DNA of 64,000 nucleotides, taken from the NCBI RefSeq assembly GCF_009914755.1, contig NC_060929.1. One strand, written 5' to 3'. The notes under the pieces were generated by a model. It was not told where the DNA came from and did not search any database. It saw only the letters and a list, made by a program, of their open reading frames with translations. Of this stretch, positions 21,510 through 37,955 are shown piece by piece. A program made the position numbers and the translations under genes. Each line of letters opens with the position of its first letter. The stretch's first letter is position 1. The DNA is from the human T2T-CHM13v2.0 reference genome, Homo sapiens.

Positions 21510-22339
21510 TAGCCAGGATGGTCTTGATCTCCTGACCTCGTGATCCACCCGCCTCAGCCTCCCAAAGTGCTGGTATTACAGACGTGAGCCACTGCGCCTG
21601 GCCCACTTCAGATTTTTTTTTAACCATATGTGCCAACCTATATAGGAGACTCACAAAGCAAAGGGAATTAAAGTACAGATATTTTAGAATTTGTAATATT
21701 AGCTATCAGCTTGGTAAGATAACCCAGCTACTTAGAAAAATGTTTCTCAGGCCTGAGATAACTGAACCCAAACTTCTGGCCACCATCAGAACTGGAATGT
21801 ATTTTTCTTAGTTTTTAAAAAGAGCCCTTCCAAGTCAACTGTGCATTACCTAGTTAGATAAAGGCATGTGCCATACTGTATTATAGGAGCCACATGCCTG
21901 GCACACTGTTAGACACCTTGGAAACGGGCAACCTCAACACACAGTATGAACACAATGGTCTCAGTATAAAATAAAAAATCCAAACTAGTTAAGGATACCA
22001 CTCCTGTCATGGGATCCTTTCTAAAATAAGAGATATCTCATTTCACAACCACTCCCAAAAGGGTAAGGATGTAGAATTAAAGAATATAAAATCACTGCAA
22101 TACAACCAAGGCTCCCTAGGACAATCCGAAAATAGTTAATCAGATGTTGTTTACACTGGCTGTGACTATTCCTGGCCATTAAAAGCAGGGCCTCAGAGCA
22201 TAAAGGAATGTTTTAAAATTTTTCAGTGCTAGCATCCTATATGCACAATTTCTAATCCCACGTATTCCATTATTTCAACATATGGTCAGTTTGTGAGTTA
22301 GAGAAGAAAGATGACTCAATTTTGTGATGCTCAACAAAC

Positions 22340-22441
22340 CTTCCATTTTGTTGATAAAATGCTTCTTCAAATTCCCGCAACGTTTTGCGTAGTTTCTTTT
22401 TTTCAGCTCTGGCTTTCCAAAGTTGTTCCAATAATTCAGGC
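22340..22441 (-). CDS. FAM13B: FAM13B exon
   Basis: (M)[33 protein letters not shown](R); AG/GT ends, phase 2-2. Confidence 0.95.
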
Positions 22442-22779
22442 CTAGAATTGAAATGGTAAAATACTGAAGGGCACACTTGATTCATTATATTCTTAAGAGA
22501 GGTTCTATTTCTGGCTGCAAATTAAAAGTGGCTGGGGAACTGTTAGGTCTACCAATGCCTAAGCTCCACTGCAAACCAATGAAATCAGAATAGCTGAAGG
22601 ACTCAAGCATCAGTACTTTAAAATCTTCCCAGTGAAGTCAGGGCTCAGAACCAGTGACATACACCATATCATCCAAAGGTAAAGAAGTGGATATAGAACA
22701 AAAAGATCAACTCGCAACTAGTTCCTGTACTTTGTTATAAATCAACTGTAGGATTTTATTTGTTTGTTTCCTTTTTTAG

Positions 22780-23143
<364 letters not shown>

Positions 23144-23270
23144 GCATGTGTCCTTTGATAAATTCTTGATTCATCTCCTATTAATTCCTTAATACTCATT
23201 TAACATCAAATTTCTTGGCATATACATTTTATTATAAAAATAGGCTAAAATCACAAATCAGCATACATAC

Positions 23271-23434
23271 ATAGAAGCTGCTCGAGAACTTGACAATCGG
23301 AGATCCAGAGCCAGTTTTTCTTGATTTTCTTCAACATCAGATTCAGAGTTTTCTAATGAAGACTGTACCTGTACTGCAGTTTTCAACATATCACCTAACT
23401 CAGAGGACAGATTAACACCATCTTCTTCTTCCTC
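23271..23434 (-). CDS. FAM13B: FAM13B exon
   Basis: [54 protein letters not shown](M); phase 0-2. Confidence 0.93.
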
Positions 23435-23528
23435 CTAAAAAGATATCCAAACAGAGAATCAAACATGCCTTGTCTTTGAACTCTTCCCTTAGGGAAGGGA
23501 TCAGATAATTATTTCTTTAAAGGATTAC

Positions 23529-23612
23529 CTTGATTTCTTCAAAAAAATGTGCAGTTTCTCCTTCTATGATTGGCTGTAACATCTGACCCCTTCGCTTGGT
23601 GGATGGAGATCC
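23529..23612 (-). CDS. FAM13B: FAM13B exon (84 nt, symmetric)
   Basis: [28 protein letters not shown]; phase 0-0; followed by a 94-nt intron. Confidence 0.93.
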
Positions 23613-24249
23613 CTATAACAATCAATAATATAAATAGTTTTACATTTTAAGTATTCAAAGTGTCCAGTGAAGCTTCCCTTCATTATGTTACGAATCTTCA
23701 ACTTTATTTTCAAAATCTTAAACATTTGCTTTAAATCTTTTTAGGAATTGCTTACATTTATTTTTGCTTATATTTTTATTTATGCACAAGGAAGATAATA
23801 ATTTATGTCTAGAAAAGTCTGAAAGAGCTCATACAACAGATATTTTAAAAATTCTAAATGGGCCAGGCACGGTGGCTAACGCCTGTAATCCCAGCACTTT
23901 GGGAGGCCAAGGCAGGCGGATCACAGGTAAGGAGATCGAGACCATCCTGGCTAACACGGTGAAAGCCCGCCTCTACTAAAAATACAAAAAATTAGCCAGG
24001 CGTGGTGGCACGCACCTGTAGTCCCAGCTACTCAGGAGGCTGAGGCAGGGGAATTGCTTGAACCCCAGGAGGTGGAGGTTGCAGTGAGCCAAGTTGTACC
24101 ACCACACTCCAGCCTGGGCAACAGACCAAGACTCTGCCTCAAAAAAAAAATTCTAAATGATAAGAACATACATATAGTTTAATGGGAAGCACTTTTCTTT
24201 TTAAAAATAGGTATCAACTTTTTTGGTTTGAGGACCATTCTATACTCTT

Positions 24250-25512
<1,263 letters not shown>

Positions 25513-26295
25513 AGAAAGTCACCAGGCAGTCATCACCTAAAGGAAGCTGCCATGCAAGTAGCTGTCTACATAAAAATAGCCTGAAAGCCACAGCAAACCA
25601 GAAGGTTCAGTGAATTAATTCATAGGAAATAATGTAAAATGGGCTACATGCTGTTTTCTATTTGAACCCAAGACCAATCTATCTACAGTCATACTATCTA
25701 AAGGTTAATTTGGGGACAGCACTTAATATGCATTTAAACACTAAAGTTTTCATTTTTCTTTAAAAATGCACACAAATACCAATAAGCATTATTTTAAGTG
25801 ACTTCTTCTCATTAAAAAGATTAACTTATTTTAAAAGTCAGCTTATATCATTATGCAAATAAAAGGACATCATCATGGCCACCACAAAACTGATGCATTT
25901 TCAACGACATGAATTTAAATGGAAAGAAACTAGACAAGGAGTCTGAATGAGTTTCCCATTCTGCTTCTGTCACTTACAAAGTAGATTAGGCACATCACTC
26001 ACTGCCTAAGCCTCAGTTTCATCACCTGTGAAATGATGCTATCATATTCTACCTGCTGTGATTTTACTTGTCAGGATTTAATGACATAAGCATACATAAA
26101 AATGCTTACACAAGTGTCTGGGATATACTAGCAGACATTATTAGTTTCCTATTTTAAAATCAGTAATCTCACCTTACAGTGACAATTATTTCTGTCTTGG
26201 CTGTGTATTTCTCCAATATACCACAATAATAATTTTTTTTGGGAAGAGTACATCTTGATAAAATGAACCAGAGAATTATTGCTTATTTTACTTAC

Positions 26296-26391
26296 AAGGA
26301 CAGGAGTGATGCTAGCTCTTGTCAGCATTTGTTTTACAAGCCTGTATCTATCATAGAGAGGTTTAACAATGTGCCTTTCTTCCTTGGTCAC
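26296..26391 (-). CDS. FAM13B: FAM13B exon
   Basis: [32 protein letters not shown]; cag|GTG...CTT|gtaagt; FAM13 [12 protein letters not shown] motif. Confidence 0.96.
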
Positions 26392-26621
26392 CTGAAGCAA
26401 GAAAAAAAAGAACTTGTCTAGTCATCACAAATCTAAAATGTCCAAAACATTAAACAATGACTTATTCGCCCAATTTCAAATTTTATATTAAATACATAGG
26501 CAATCCCCCAATTGTAGGAAATAATGCTCAAAAAACAGCCCTGAAGAATGTAGGCCACAAAATTGATTCATGTTCTTTTTTAAGACATAAAATCAAATCT
26601 TTTTAGCAAGAGAGATATTAC

Positions 26622-26705
26622 CGGCCTTCCATGTTGACTTTCATAGTAAAGAAGACTTTTCTGAAGAGAAGCTTTCTCTTCTACCAAATGATCTTTGGTC
26701 ATTTT
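26622..26705 (-). CDS. FAM13B: FAM13B exon
   Basis: [28 protein letters not shown]; phase 0-0; FAM13 LQKxLLYYESxHGRP motif. Confidence 0.96.
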
Positions 26706-28141
26706 CTGGAATTAAACAAAAAAAATAACAAAATACAAAAAAAAAAAAACAAAAACAAAAAAACTCCACTGGCACCATTAATATTCTCCTCACTCCCACA
26801 ATGTAAATAATTAGGTAGAAAGGGCAGACCATCAACAGTCTAGCCCAGGCCTTTGCTTGCAGATTTGCAGGCAAAATTTTCAGTCTCCTGTACAATTTGC
26901 TCTTATAATAAGTAGGTACCAACCCCTTTGATGGCTTTACATTTTATCTGAATAGATTATGAATATGGCTTGGGTAAATTACCTAACCTCTTTGTATTCA
27001 ACATCCTCATCTGTAAAATGGGAATACTTCGTTCTACCTTAAAGGGCTCTAAAGAGGACTATTTATGAGTTCTATGTAAAGTATTTGCAACACTGCCTAC
27101 CTAGCACAGAGTAAACATACATAACTGCTTGCTATTTCATTTAATGTTGTTGGCATTTTATTGGCATTAAGATGAGTGGGCATGCATGCGCATGTGCATA
27201 CACACATAGGTTTTATAATACAATATTTATTCTAAACCATTAAGAAAATCTGGAAGCAGTATAGTGGAAAGATCCTGGAAAAAGCTCAACAATGTCCATT
27301 TGTGACCTCATACTTCTCTATTACCTCCATTTCCCTTCATCTGAGTTGGCACATTCTTTATACTGCAATACTCTTCTCACAGCTTTTAGTAGTCTAATTA
27401 GCAGAGTAAGCAATGCTTCCCAAATTCATTTGTCCACAAACAAGCTCCATAGACAAATAAATATGGTAAGTCTCGCATACTCTACTAATTAAAACAAATT
27501 TGTCCCCTTCGTTCTATAGGATCAACTATTAACACCTGAATGTGTGTTCCACAGAATATCCTTTAACACTAGACCAAATAATCTCTCTACTTATTCCCAG
27601 GACTCATTAATACCACCCTGGTCTCTCATGAGAGTAAAATTGAAGATTAAAAAAAAATTCACTGGATAACATCTTGCTATAACAAATATAACTTTAGATT
27701 ACACACATTCAGTAGAGGATAGCTGAGTGTAGTCTGTCAAATACTGTGATTTCAACCTCAAGCTTGAATCAGTCTTAAACCAAAGATAATACATTTGCAT
27801 AAAGTTGTAGCAGGTAGGGGAATATTTATTCTAACATAAAACTTAAAACTAAAAGAAAGGGCTTGGTGCTGTGGTTCACACCTATAATCTCAGCAATTAA
27901 GGCCATGAGTTTGAGCCCAGCCTGGGCAACATAGTGAGACACGATTTCTACCAAAACAATTTTTCTACAAAAAAAAATTTCTTTTTTTTTTTTGAGACGA
28001 GGTCTCGCTCTGTTGCCCAGGCTTGAGTGCAATGGTGCAATCCTGGCTCACCGCAACCTCCGTCTCCCAGGTTCAAGCAATTCTTCTGCCTCAGCCTCTG
28101 GAGTAGCTGGATTACAGGCATGTGCCACCACAACCTGCTAA

Positions 28142-28294
<153 letters not shown>

Positions 28295-29348
28295 TAAGCA
28301 AAAGAAAAGTTAAGAGGGGAAGAGATGAGAATGACTAATTCAGCTCTGTTCAAGGGAAAGAAAGACTCCAATATTTGGATCATGAGAGAGGTGTACTCTG
28401 TTGTCAAGATAAGAGTTCCACATTAGGACTATTACCTAGATAAAAGTTCACCTGAGACCATCTACTCTCTCCATTCTCCAAGCAAATCTCATCCAATATA
28501 AGATTAGGTTGCCAAGTGCTTTGATCAGGACTGCCCTAGGCACAGGCTTTACTGGGGAAGAATAATGGCTCTTCAAAAAAAAAAAAAATCATTTAATCCT
28601 CATAACAACCATATCAAGTTAGTATTAATGGACATAATCACGTCAATATACATTATAGGATTGTTGAAGGGGCTGAGTGGCATAATGCATAAAATATAAC
28701 CAGCCAACGTGGGGCATAAGCTAGGAGCTCAATACATACAGCTATTAAGACACAAGGACAGGATTCAAGCTAAGGTCTGTAGGTCTGTTTCATGCTTTAT
28801 TTATTTATTTATTTATTTACTTATTTTCTCACTCTGTCATCCAGGCTGGAGGCACAGCTCACTGCAGTCCTAATCTCCCGGGCTCCATTGATCCTCCCAC
28901 CTCAGCCTTCCAAGTAACTGGAACTACAGGTGCATACTACCACATCCAGCTAATTTTTAAATTTTATTTGTAGAGACAGGGTCTCACTTTGTTGCTCAGG
29001 CTGGTCTCGAACTCCTGGGCTCAGGCAATCCTCCTGCCTCGACCTCTGAAATTGCTGGAATTGAGGCATGAGCTACCTGTTTCATGCTCTTTATACACTC
29101 ATCTTGCCAACTGACTCCAACATAAATGAACTCATCAGCATTCTAGTTTTTTCAGTTTTATTATGATTCAATTCTTGAAGTATTTGGCACTTCTGTTATG
29201 CTGATTAAATCATGTTTCTGAATCTGCAAAGATGGGGAGCAGATTCAGGAAAATCAGACTACCTAGACATCTCTACCCTGCTATAGTAATTATTTTGTTT
29301 CAGGAATTCTAAAGGCTAATCTGGGCAAAAATCATAGCTCAAGATTAC

Positions 29349-29578
29349 CTTGATATCTTCTGGAAGACACCTCTCAATACGTTTTTCTTTCAGTCTTTTA
29401 AGAATAAGTTCAAGGGTTGCTTCTTTAGATGGTTTTTTCTCCTTCTGAATGACCTTGGGTTCATCTTCATTCTCTTCATCTTCATGGTCTAGAGAAGAGC
29501 CAAAGCTTTTTGGAAGTGTGTTACTACGTGGACGTGTCTGAGGTACAAATTCTCCATCAGAATTTTTGTGTTTTGCAT
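29349..29578 (-). CDS. FAM13B: FAM13B exon
   Basis: (D)[76 protein letters not shown]; phase 1-0. Confidence 0.95.
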
Positions 29579-29881
29579 CTACATGTCAGAAATAAGGACA
29601 GATCAGTAATAATTGGTTTTAGCTTTGACCGGGTCAAAGAATAAGCAAAATACACAACAAGAAAGTATACATTAACAGCACACAGACTTAGATATTTCAA
29701 AGCCAAATAAAACATTTAAGAAGCAAAAAACAGCAAGACAGCTATTCTAGGCTGGGTGTGGTGGCTCACACCTGTAATCCCAGAACTTTGAGAGGCTGAA
29801 GCAGAAGGACTGCTTGAGCCCAGGAGTTTGAGACTAGCCTGGACAACAGAGTGAGACCCCATCTCTACAAAAAATTTTTTA

Positions 29882-30040
<159 letters not shown>

Positions 30041-31242
30041 TCATGTGCCTGTACCTGGTGGCACACACCTGTAATCCCAGCTACTCAGGAGGCTGAGGCA
30101 GGAGAATCACTTGAATCCAGAAGGCGGAGGTTGCAGTGAGCCAACATCAGCCAATGCACTCCAGCCTGGGTGAGACAGTGAGACTCTGTCTCAAAAAAAA
30201 AAAAAAAGCTGAGCACTGTGGCACATGCCTGTAAGTCCCAGCTACTTGGGAGGCTGGGGTGGGAAGACCACATTGAGCCTGGGAGGCTCAGGCTGCAGTA
30301 AACTGAGACTGCACCACTGCAATGCAGCCTGGGCAACAGAGTCAGACCCTGTCTCAAAAAAACACAAAAACAACAACAAAAAAAGAGAGAACAAGCTATT
30401 ATTTTTATATCCATAGAGAGCCTATTATTGAATAAAATGCTCTGATGGGCATGGGAGATACAGAAGAAAACAAAACAGACATGGTTCCTGTTCTTGTGGA
30501 GCATATATTCAGAGAAGGAAAACAATAACCAAATACTCAGATTAGTAAAATAACTTTAAAGAATGCTATGATCTATAGGTAAAACAGGGTAGAGTCACAG
30601 TGCTAAAAGGAGTATAATTTGTGGAGGAACAACTACATTGGACGGGATTGACAAAGAAGACCTCTCTGAATAGTATCATCCTGGTAGAATACGGAATAAG
30701 GAGCTTGTCTAGCACAAAGGATTTAGTGGAAGGGCATCTGTCCCCAGTGAGGCAATAGCCAGTGTGAAGGTCCTAAAGCTTGGCAAGTTTGAGGAACAGA
30801 AAAGAGATGAAAGTGATAAAATCAGCCAAGGGCAGACTGTGCAAGGCCTTGAAAACCACAGTAAGGAGTTTTGACTTTATTCTAGGTGGAAGCCCACTGA
30901 AGGGCTTGAAAAAGAAAGTAGTAAGACTATTTATTTTTCTTTTTGAGACAGGGTCTTGCCCTGTCACCCTGGCTGGAGTACAGTGGCACAAACATGGCTC
31001 ACTGCAGCCTTGACCTCCTAGGCCTAAGTGGTCCTCCTGCCTCAGCCTCCAGAGTAGCTGGGACCCAGGCTAACATGACTTTTTTAAAGATAATTCTGAC
31101 TACCATGCAGCAGACGGACTACAGAGCAGTAAAAGTGAAAGAAAATGGGAAAATTAGGAGGCCAATGCTAGACAATTTAATGGTATCAACTACTAATAAA
31201 ATCAAGGTAATAATTTTCACTGATGACTGGAAATTGGCATTA

Positions 31243-31596
<354 letters not shown>

Positions 31597-31897
31597 TCAA
31601 ACAAAAAAAAAAAAAAAAAAAAAAAAGGAGAGAGAGAGAGGCAAACATTATCTTAACCACAAGAATATAAACTCCATGACAGCAGGGACTCTGTCTGTCT
31701 TGTTCACTGCTATATCCCTAGTTGTCTACAAAGTATTTAGTACCTCAGAAATACTTAACACTTTACTGGGCTGGGCACGGTGGCTCATACTTGTAATCCC
31801 CACACTTTGCAAGACCGAGGTGGGAGAACTGCTGAAGGCCAGAAGTTTGAGACCAATCCAGGCACAAAGCAAGACCCCAACTCTATACAAAATTTTA

Positions 31898-32416
<519 letters not shown>

Positions 32417-33020
32417 TTAAACCAAAGTGATGCTCCAGATAATAAACCCCTATTTTGCATAATTTTTAAAGTAATAATTATTAAAACACATACTCACTAA
32501 ACATCCACAAACTAAATATACTTCAACAATTACTATACTGGTTTGACACCCAGAAATGCAATGCCTAGTTTATCATTCAAGAGTTACAATTTAGTCTTTG
32601 TGGTATAAACGAGTCACTGTGATTAGACATTCTTAGTCTTAGATGAAAATACCTACCAAAAAATCTTAATGAAATATCCAACAAAACTCAAAGCTGCTTA
32701 ATATCTGAAATATATTTTAGATAAACTTTATAACATCAGTTCACTTATTAATATACAATCTCAGGTATCTTTCAAAAAGATATTACTAATAAAAACACAA
32801 AAAAGACATTTAAAATATAATACAGAACTACAGTACTGTACTATAACACAGTACTACAGTATGCAATTTTGACCCTAATAAAACAAAAAAAGGTAACTTT
32901 TATTTTTGTCAAACAGTGCCCAAGATTTAAAATTATCAAAAGTTGTATTTGTGATTCTCAGACATTAATATAAAAAAATTTTTAAAATGCAAATATATTA
33001 CAAAATGGCACATAATATAC

Positions 33021-33102
33021 CTTTAATTTGCTTCCGCAGTTTTGTAAGCTCTGTCATCCATTTTAATACCTTTGGATTGGCAGCAATATCACTGTAGGAG
33101 GG
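33021..33102 (-). CDS. FAM13B: FAM13B exon
   Basis: [27 protein letters not shown](D); phase 0-1. Confidence 0.94.
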
Positions 33103-33728
33103 CTGAAAAATTATGGAGCAGAATCACTGACACTTGTGATAAGCAATAGTTACATTAATTTATGTCCAAATAGTATTTTACAATTCCCACAGCAAAGACT
33201 GCTCAATTCTCATTTCATCTTATTTTAATTAGATAGGGCAGGATATTAAGTCAAGTTCTCCCAAGGTAAGGTCTCGTAACTGGCAGAAGCCAGATTTGAA
33301 TATGGGTCTTCTGACTCCAAGTACAGGACTCTTTCCACTTCATATGTTCTAACTATTAAAATTCTCTTTCCCCTCCTCCACTCCATCCCTCACAAACTCC
33401 CTCTCCTCCCCACTTGGTACTTGTAGTTTTTGATAGAGCAGAAATAGCAGTAACATGATTTGTCAATGTAAAGTATTTGCTTTAAAAATTCTAAAAGTTG
33501 CTTTGCCAGTGGAAATATAAAGATGCCACGGTGCAAATGGCAAGAATACTGGCCTGGAAGTCAGGAGACCAAGGAGTTATATAATCTCAGATCTACATGA
33601 TCACTGTTCCTCCGGGTATCTCAGATTTGTTACCTTTCTCACACAGATCTAAACTAATGCTTTTGAAAAACTATCCTCTCAGTTCTAATATTAGATTAAG
33701 CTCACTCTGGGGAATGCTACAAACCTAC

Positions 33729-33858
33729 CTTGCTATTTCTTTCCCTTTCAAACTGTTCCTCAAATTGTCTGATTTTCTTCTGAAGTTTCTTGACCAGCTG
33801 ATAAGGTGTTCTGTCCTCTCTCTTTTCATCTTTTGAACTAAAGGATGATCTTCGAATT
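33729..33858 (-). CDS. FAM13B: FAM13B exon
   Basis: (R)[43 protein letters not shown]; phase 2-0. Confidence 0.94.
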
Positions 33859-34558
33859 CTGAATTAAAACAAAAGGCCAACACTGTTAAATTTTCAAGTA
33901 CCAACACTGTATCTCTTATTGCCCTGACATGGCACTATTAGCAATAAGTAAATCTTAAAGGTAAAAATAAGTCCCTAACACTAAAGGACAGGTAGTATAA
34001 AGAAACACTGTAATGTTACAGACCACAAATTTAGCTAATACAAGTGGTGATGAAAACAGTTTGGAATCATTTAAAACTGGTTTGGACAAAGGCAGCAAAG
34101 AAACAAAGATACCTAGCAGCTCAGAGCTCTTGTAACTGTTCAAACTGCATAACAAAGTTTTTGACATTCAGATCCATTTAAAGCTTTGATAAAAAAAGAT
34201 TAGGAACTGCTCAGCACCATTTGCTGCTTCCTTTACAGAGCTCTGTATTTCAGCGATGAATACATAAATAAATGAATAATACACCACGAGAAAATGTCTA
34301 TTTGAGAGCAAACTTCAAACGCTACACCTCACTGAACTCAGCAGGGTCAAAAAAAACCAAAACTTACAAAAATGTGCTCTATAAAATCAGTGAGAAAGCT
34401 CTGAATTCTATGTCTAGAAGACTCAATCTCTCTCTTTTTTTTTTTTTTTTTTTGAGATGGAGTTTCACTATTGAAGCCCAGGCTGGAAGACTAAATCTCT
34501 CAAAAGACTTGGGTACATAATAGGAATTGCCTCTTGTAAGTACATAAAAATCATATAC

Positions 34559-34769
34559 CTAGTAAAAGACAGTGCTTTAGATGAGGAATCCAACTTTTCT
34601 GGATCATGTAGGAAACGCTGGCTTTGACCAAAATCTAAACTGCGGTGTGATAATACTGGAGGACAGTCCTCTTCCAAGGGGTGATGATTCATTCTTCCAG
34701 CTTGTGGAGACAGCTGAGCTTCTCCAGACTCAGAGTCCTCCTGCCAAGACTTAAAAGCAGGAAATGGCT
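34559..34769 (-). CDS. FAM13B: FAM13B exon
   Basis: (E)[69 protein letters not shown](R); phase 1-2. Confidence 0.94.
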
Positions 34770-34880
34770 CTATAAAACAAACACAAAGAATAGTACCATG
34801 GGTCTCTTGATTCCACGTGGGAAAAAAGTCACAAAATATCAGCTATGTGTTCCTTAAATCATATCATTATGTAGTGGTTC

Positions 34881-34948
34881 ATATATACATACACACATAC
34901 ACACACACACACACACACATACATGTGTGTGTATATATATATATATAT
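34881..34948. repeat. (CA)n/(TA)n microsatellite
   Basis: Directly visible. Confidence 0.9.
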
Positions 34949-35025
34949 AATCTTCATAAAGCCTACTATAGTTTAAAATTATTCAAGCTTCACTTTTTAG
35001 TCCAGAGTTCAATTTTTTTTTTTGA

Positions 35026-35530
<505 letters not shown>

Positions 35531-35999
35531 TAAAAGCCAAATGATGTCAGGTGTATGACCTGTCCCTCACTGTCAAATAGCTATATTAAGAAAAAGTGGG
35601 AGCTGTTCCCCATGTTACATGGAACACTCACCAAATGGAGTTCTCTGACTTTAGAAGAATTCTAATATTCCCAAAGGAGGAGCTAATTCACCTGACAGCA
35701 CCTGGCCTCTAACATTAAACTGTGATGGTTATCTTCTGCTACAGGATTCCTATGTATAATACCCAACAGTGTTACTAAGACAAAACTTAATAGCACTAGG
35801 CCTTCTTAAGCACATTTACTTTACTGCAGTTATCCTGTATGCCCTCAAATGAAAGCTATGTTAATACATTTGATGTCTTTGCAAAATAATGTTTGATTAC
35901 ATATAGAACACATACAGATCATACACACAATCCACAAATATACCCCAAATACAACATTAAGCACAGGAGGGAAAGAAAAAATTCCCATCTACACATTAG

Positions 36000-36321
<322 letters not shown>

Positions 36322-36854
36322 TAACTACACTTAAAAATTTTGATGCTATTGGCTATTAGCAATAGCGAAAATGAATGCAAAGAGGGCTTGACAGTGTCAA
36401 AATTCAAGAGTGATGTTTTCTTTTTCCTCACACAATAGCTAAGATCGCTGCTTTAGTAATTTAGTTTAACTTTATGCATTAGCAATTTAAAGCATTACCT
36501 TTCCTTTCAAAATAATAAGAACTTAATTTAGTTTGTTTTTGAAGCCCAGATCAATCTGAGAATTAAAAATTGGGTACAAAGCGTGCAATCCCACAATAAA
36601 CCCAACAATAAAGTGATTTTCAAAGCAACCCTTGTACCTGTGCCCCAGCAAATAAGTAACTGGTAGTAAACATTTTATGAGAAATATCCTATTTTAAGAA
36701 AAGACAAAAGTAATAGCAATTTTTTCTGGGTTCACTTTGAACCCAGAACAGTTTTCCTAAGATATGGGGACAGCAGGAGAAGAGCTTAATAAAAAGACAA
36801 ACAAAGTGAACCATAAAAGGCAAAAAAAACTAAACTATGGTGAACCATACTTAC

Positions 36855-36920
36855 CCTCCCCATCTCTCTGCAGATGCATTGTTTTGAAATCAATGAGGGG
36901 AAAAGTGATAGGGCATGACG
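36855..36920 (-). CDS. FAM13B: FAM13B 66-nt symmetric cassette exon
   Basis: ttttattag|CGTCA...GAGG|gtaagt; (A)SCPITFPLIDFKTMHLQRDGE(E); phase 1-1, so skipping preserves frame. Confidence 0.8.
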
Positions 36921-37808
36921 CTAATAAAATGGAAAAAATGGCAAAAAATACTAAAGTGAACACACAGCACAGTCAGAACAAACCATACACATAACACAAA
37001 GCCAAAGATACCAAAAACATTTCCCTAAAACCAGTTAGGCATTCTGTTCAAAAACGTTATTAAAAGAAATCACTACTAACTAGATTTTTAACAAACACAA
37101 ACATAACATTTCCATTTCAGCAAGCAGTGCAAAAAAGGGGGGGGAAAACTCAAAGTCGTGCTATTTTATTAAAACTCAAACATAAAACTGAAGAAATGGA
37201 AATTCTTAAGCAGGTACTGTTTGAAGCTTTTCAGTGTAAATGATTTTAAAGGAAAATATCTCCCTTAGTTTGCTCTTTGAAAAAATCCTACTGCATTTCA
37301 TTCCAGAGTTAGCAGGAGAGAATCTGAAGATGGTATCCACTTCCATTAAAAGTCAAAACTTTGCAAACAGCTGCTACAAATTCATACTGGTGACAGTCAT
37401 GTGCTACCTGCTTGCTAACTACTACTGCATTCTGCTATTTTTCTTATCCTTTGAGGAAAAAACAAAACAGAAACTATGTACTTAGGAATAGTGACATAGG
37501 GCTCTATTTGGAGTCATCCCACTTCTCTACAAAGAGTCACATCAAACAAAGCATGTCTGATTCCAAGGTATCCAGGGTCTAAAGTAAGTTGGTCTCTTAA
37601 ATAAATAAGACTTTTTCATTTAGAATATCCTAACTCCTGGCCGGGCACGGTGGCTCACACCTGTAATCTCAGCACTTTGGGAGGCCAAGGCGGGCGGATC
37701 ACCCGAGGCCGGGAGTTTGAGACCAGCCTGACCAACACAGAGAAACTCCGTCTCTACTAAAATACAAAATTAGCCGGGTGTAGTGGCACATGTCTGTAAT
37801 CCCAGCTA

Positions 37809-37955
<147 letters not shown>

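Noticed and set aside
35626-35700. Strong - strand donor TTG|gtgagt suggesting a cryptic FAM13B exon
   Set aside because: No convincing polypyrimidine tract or acceptor upstream.
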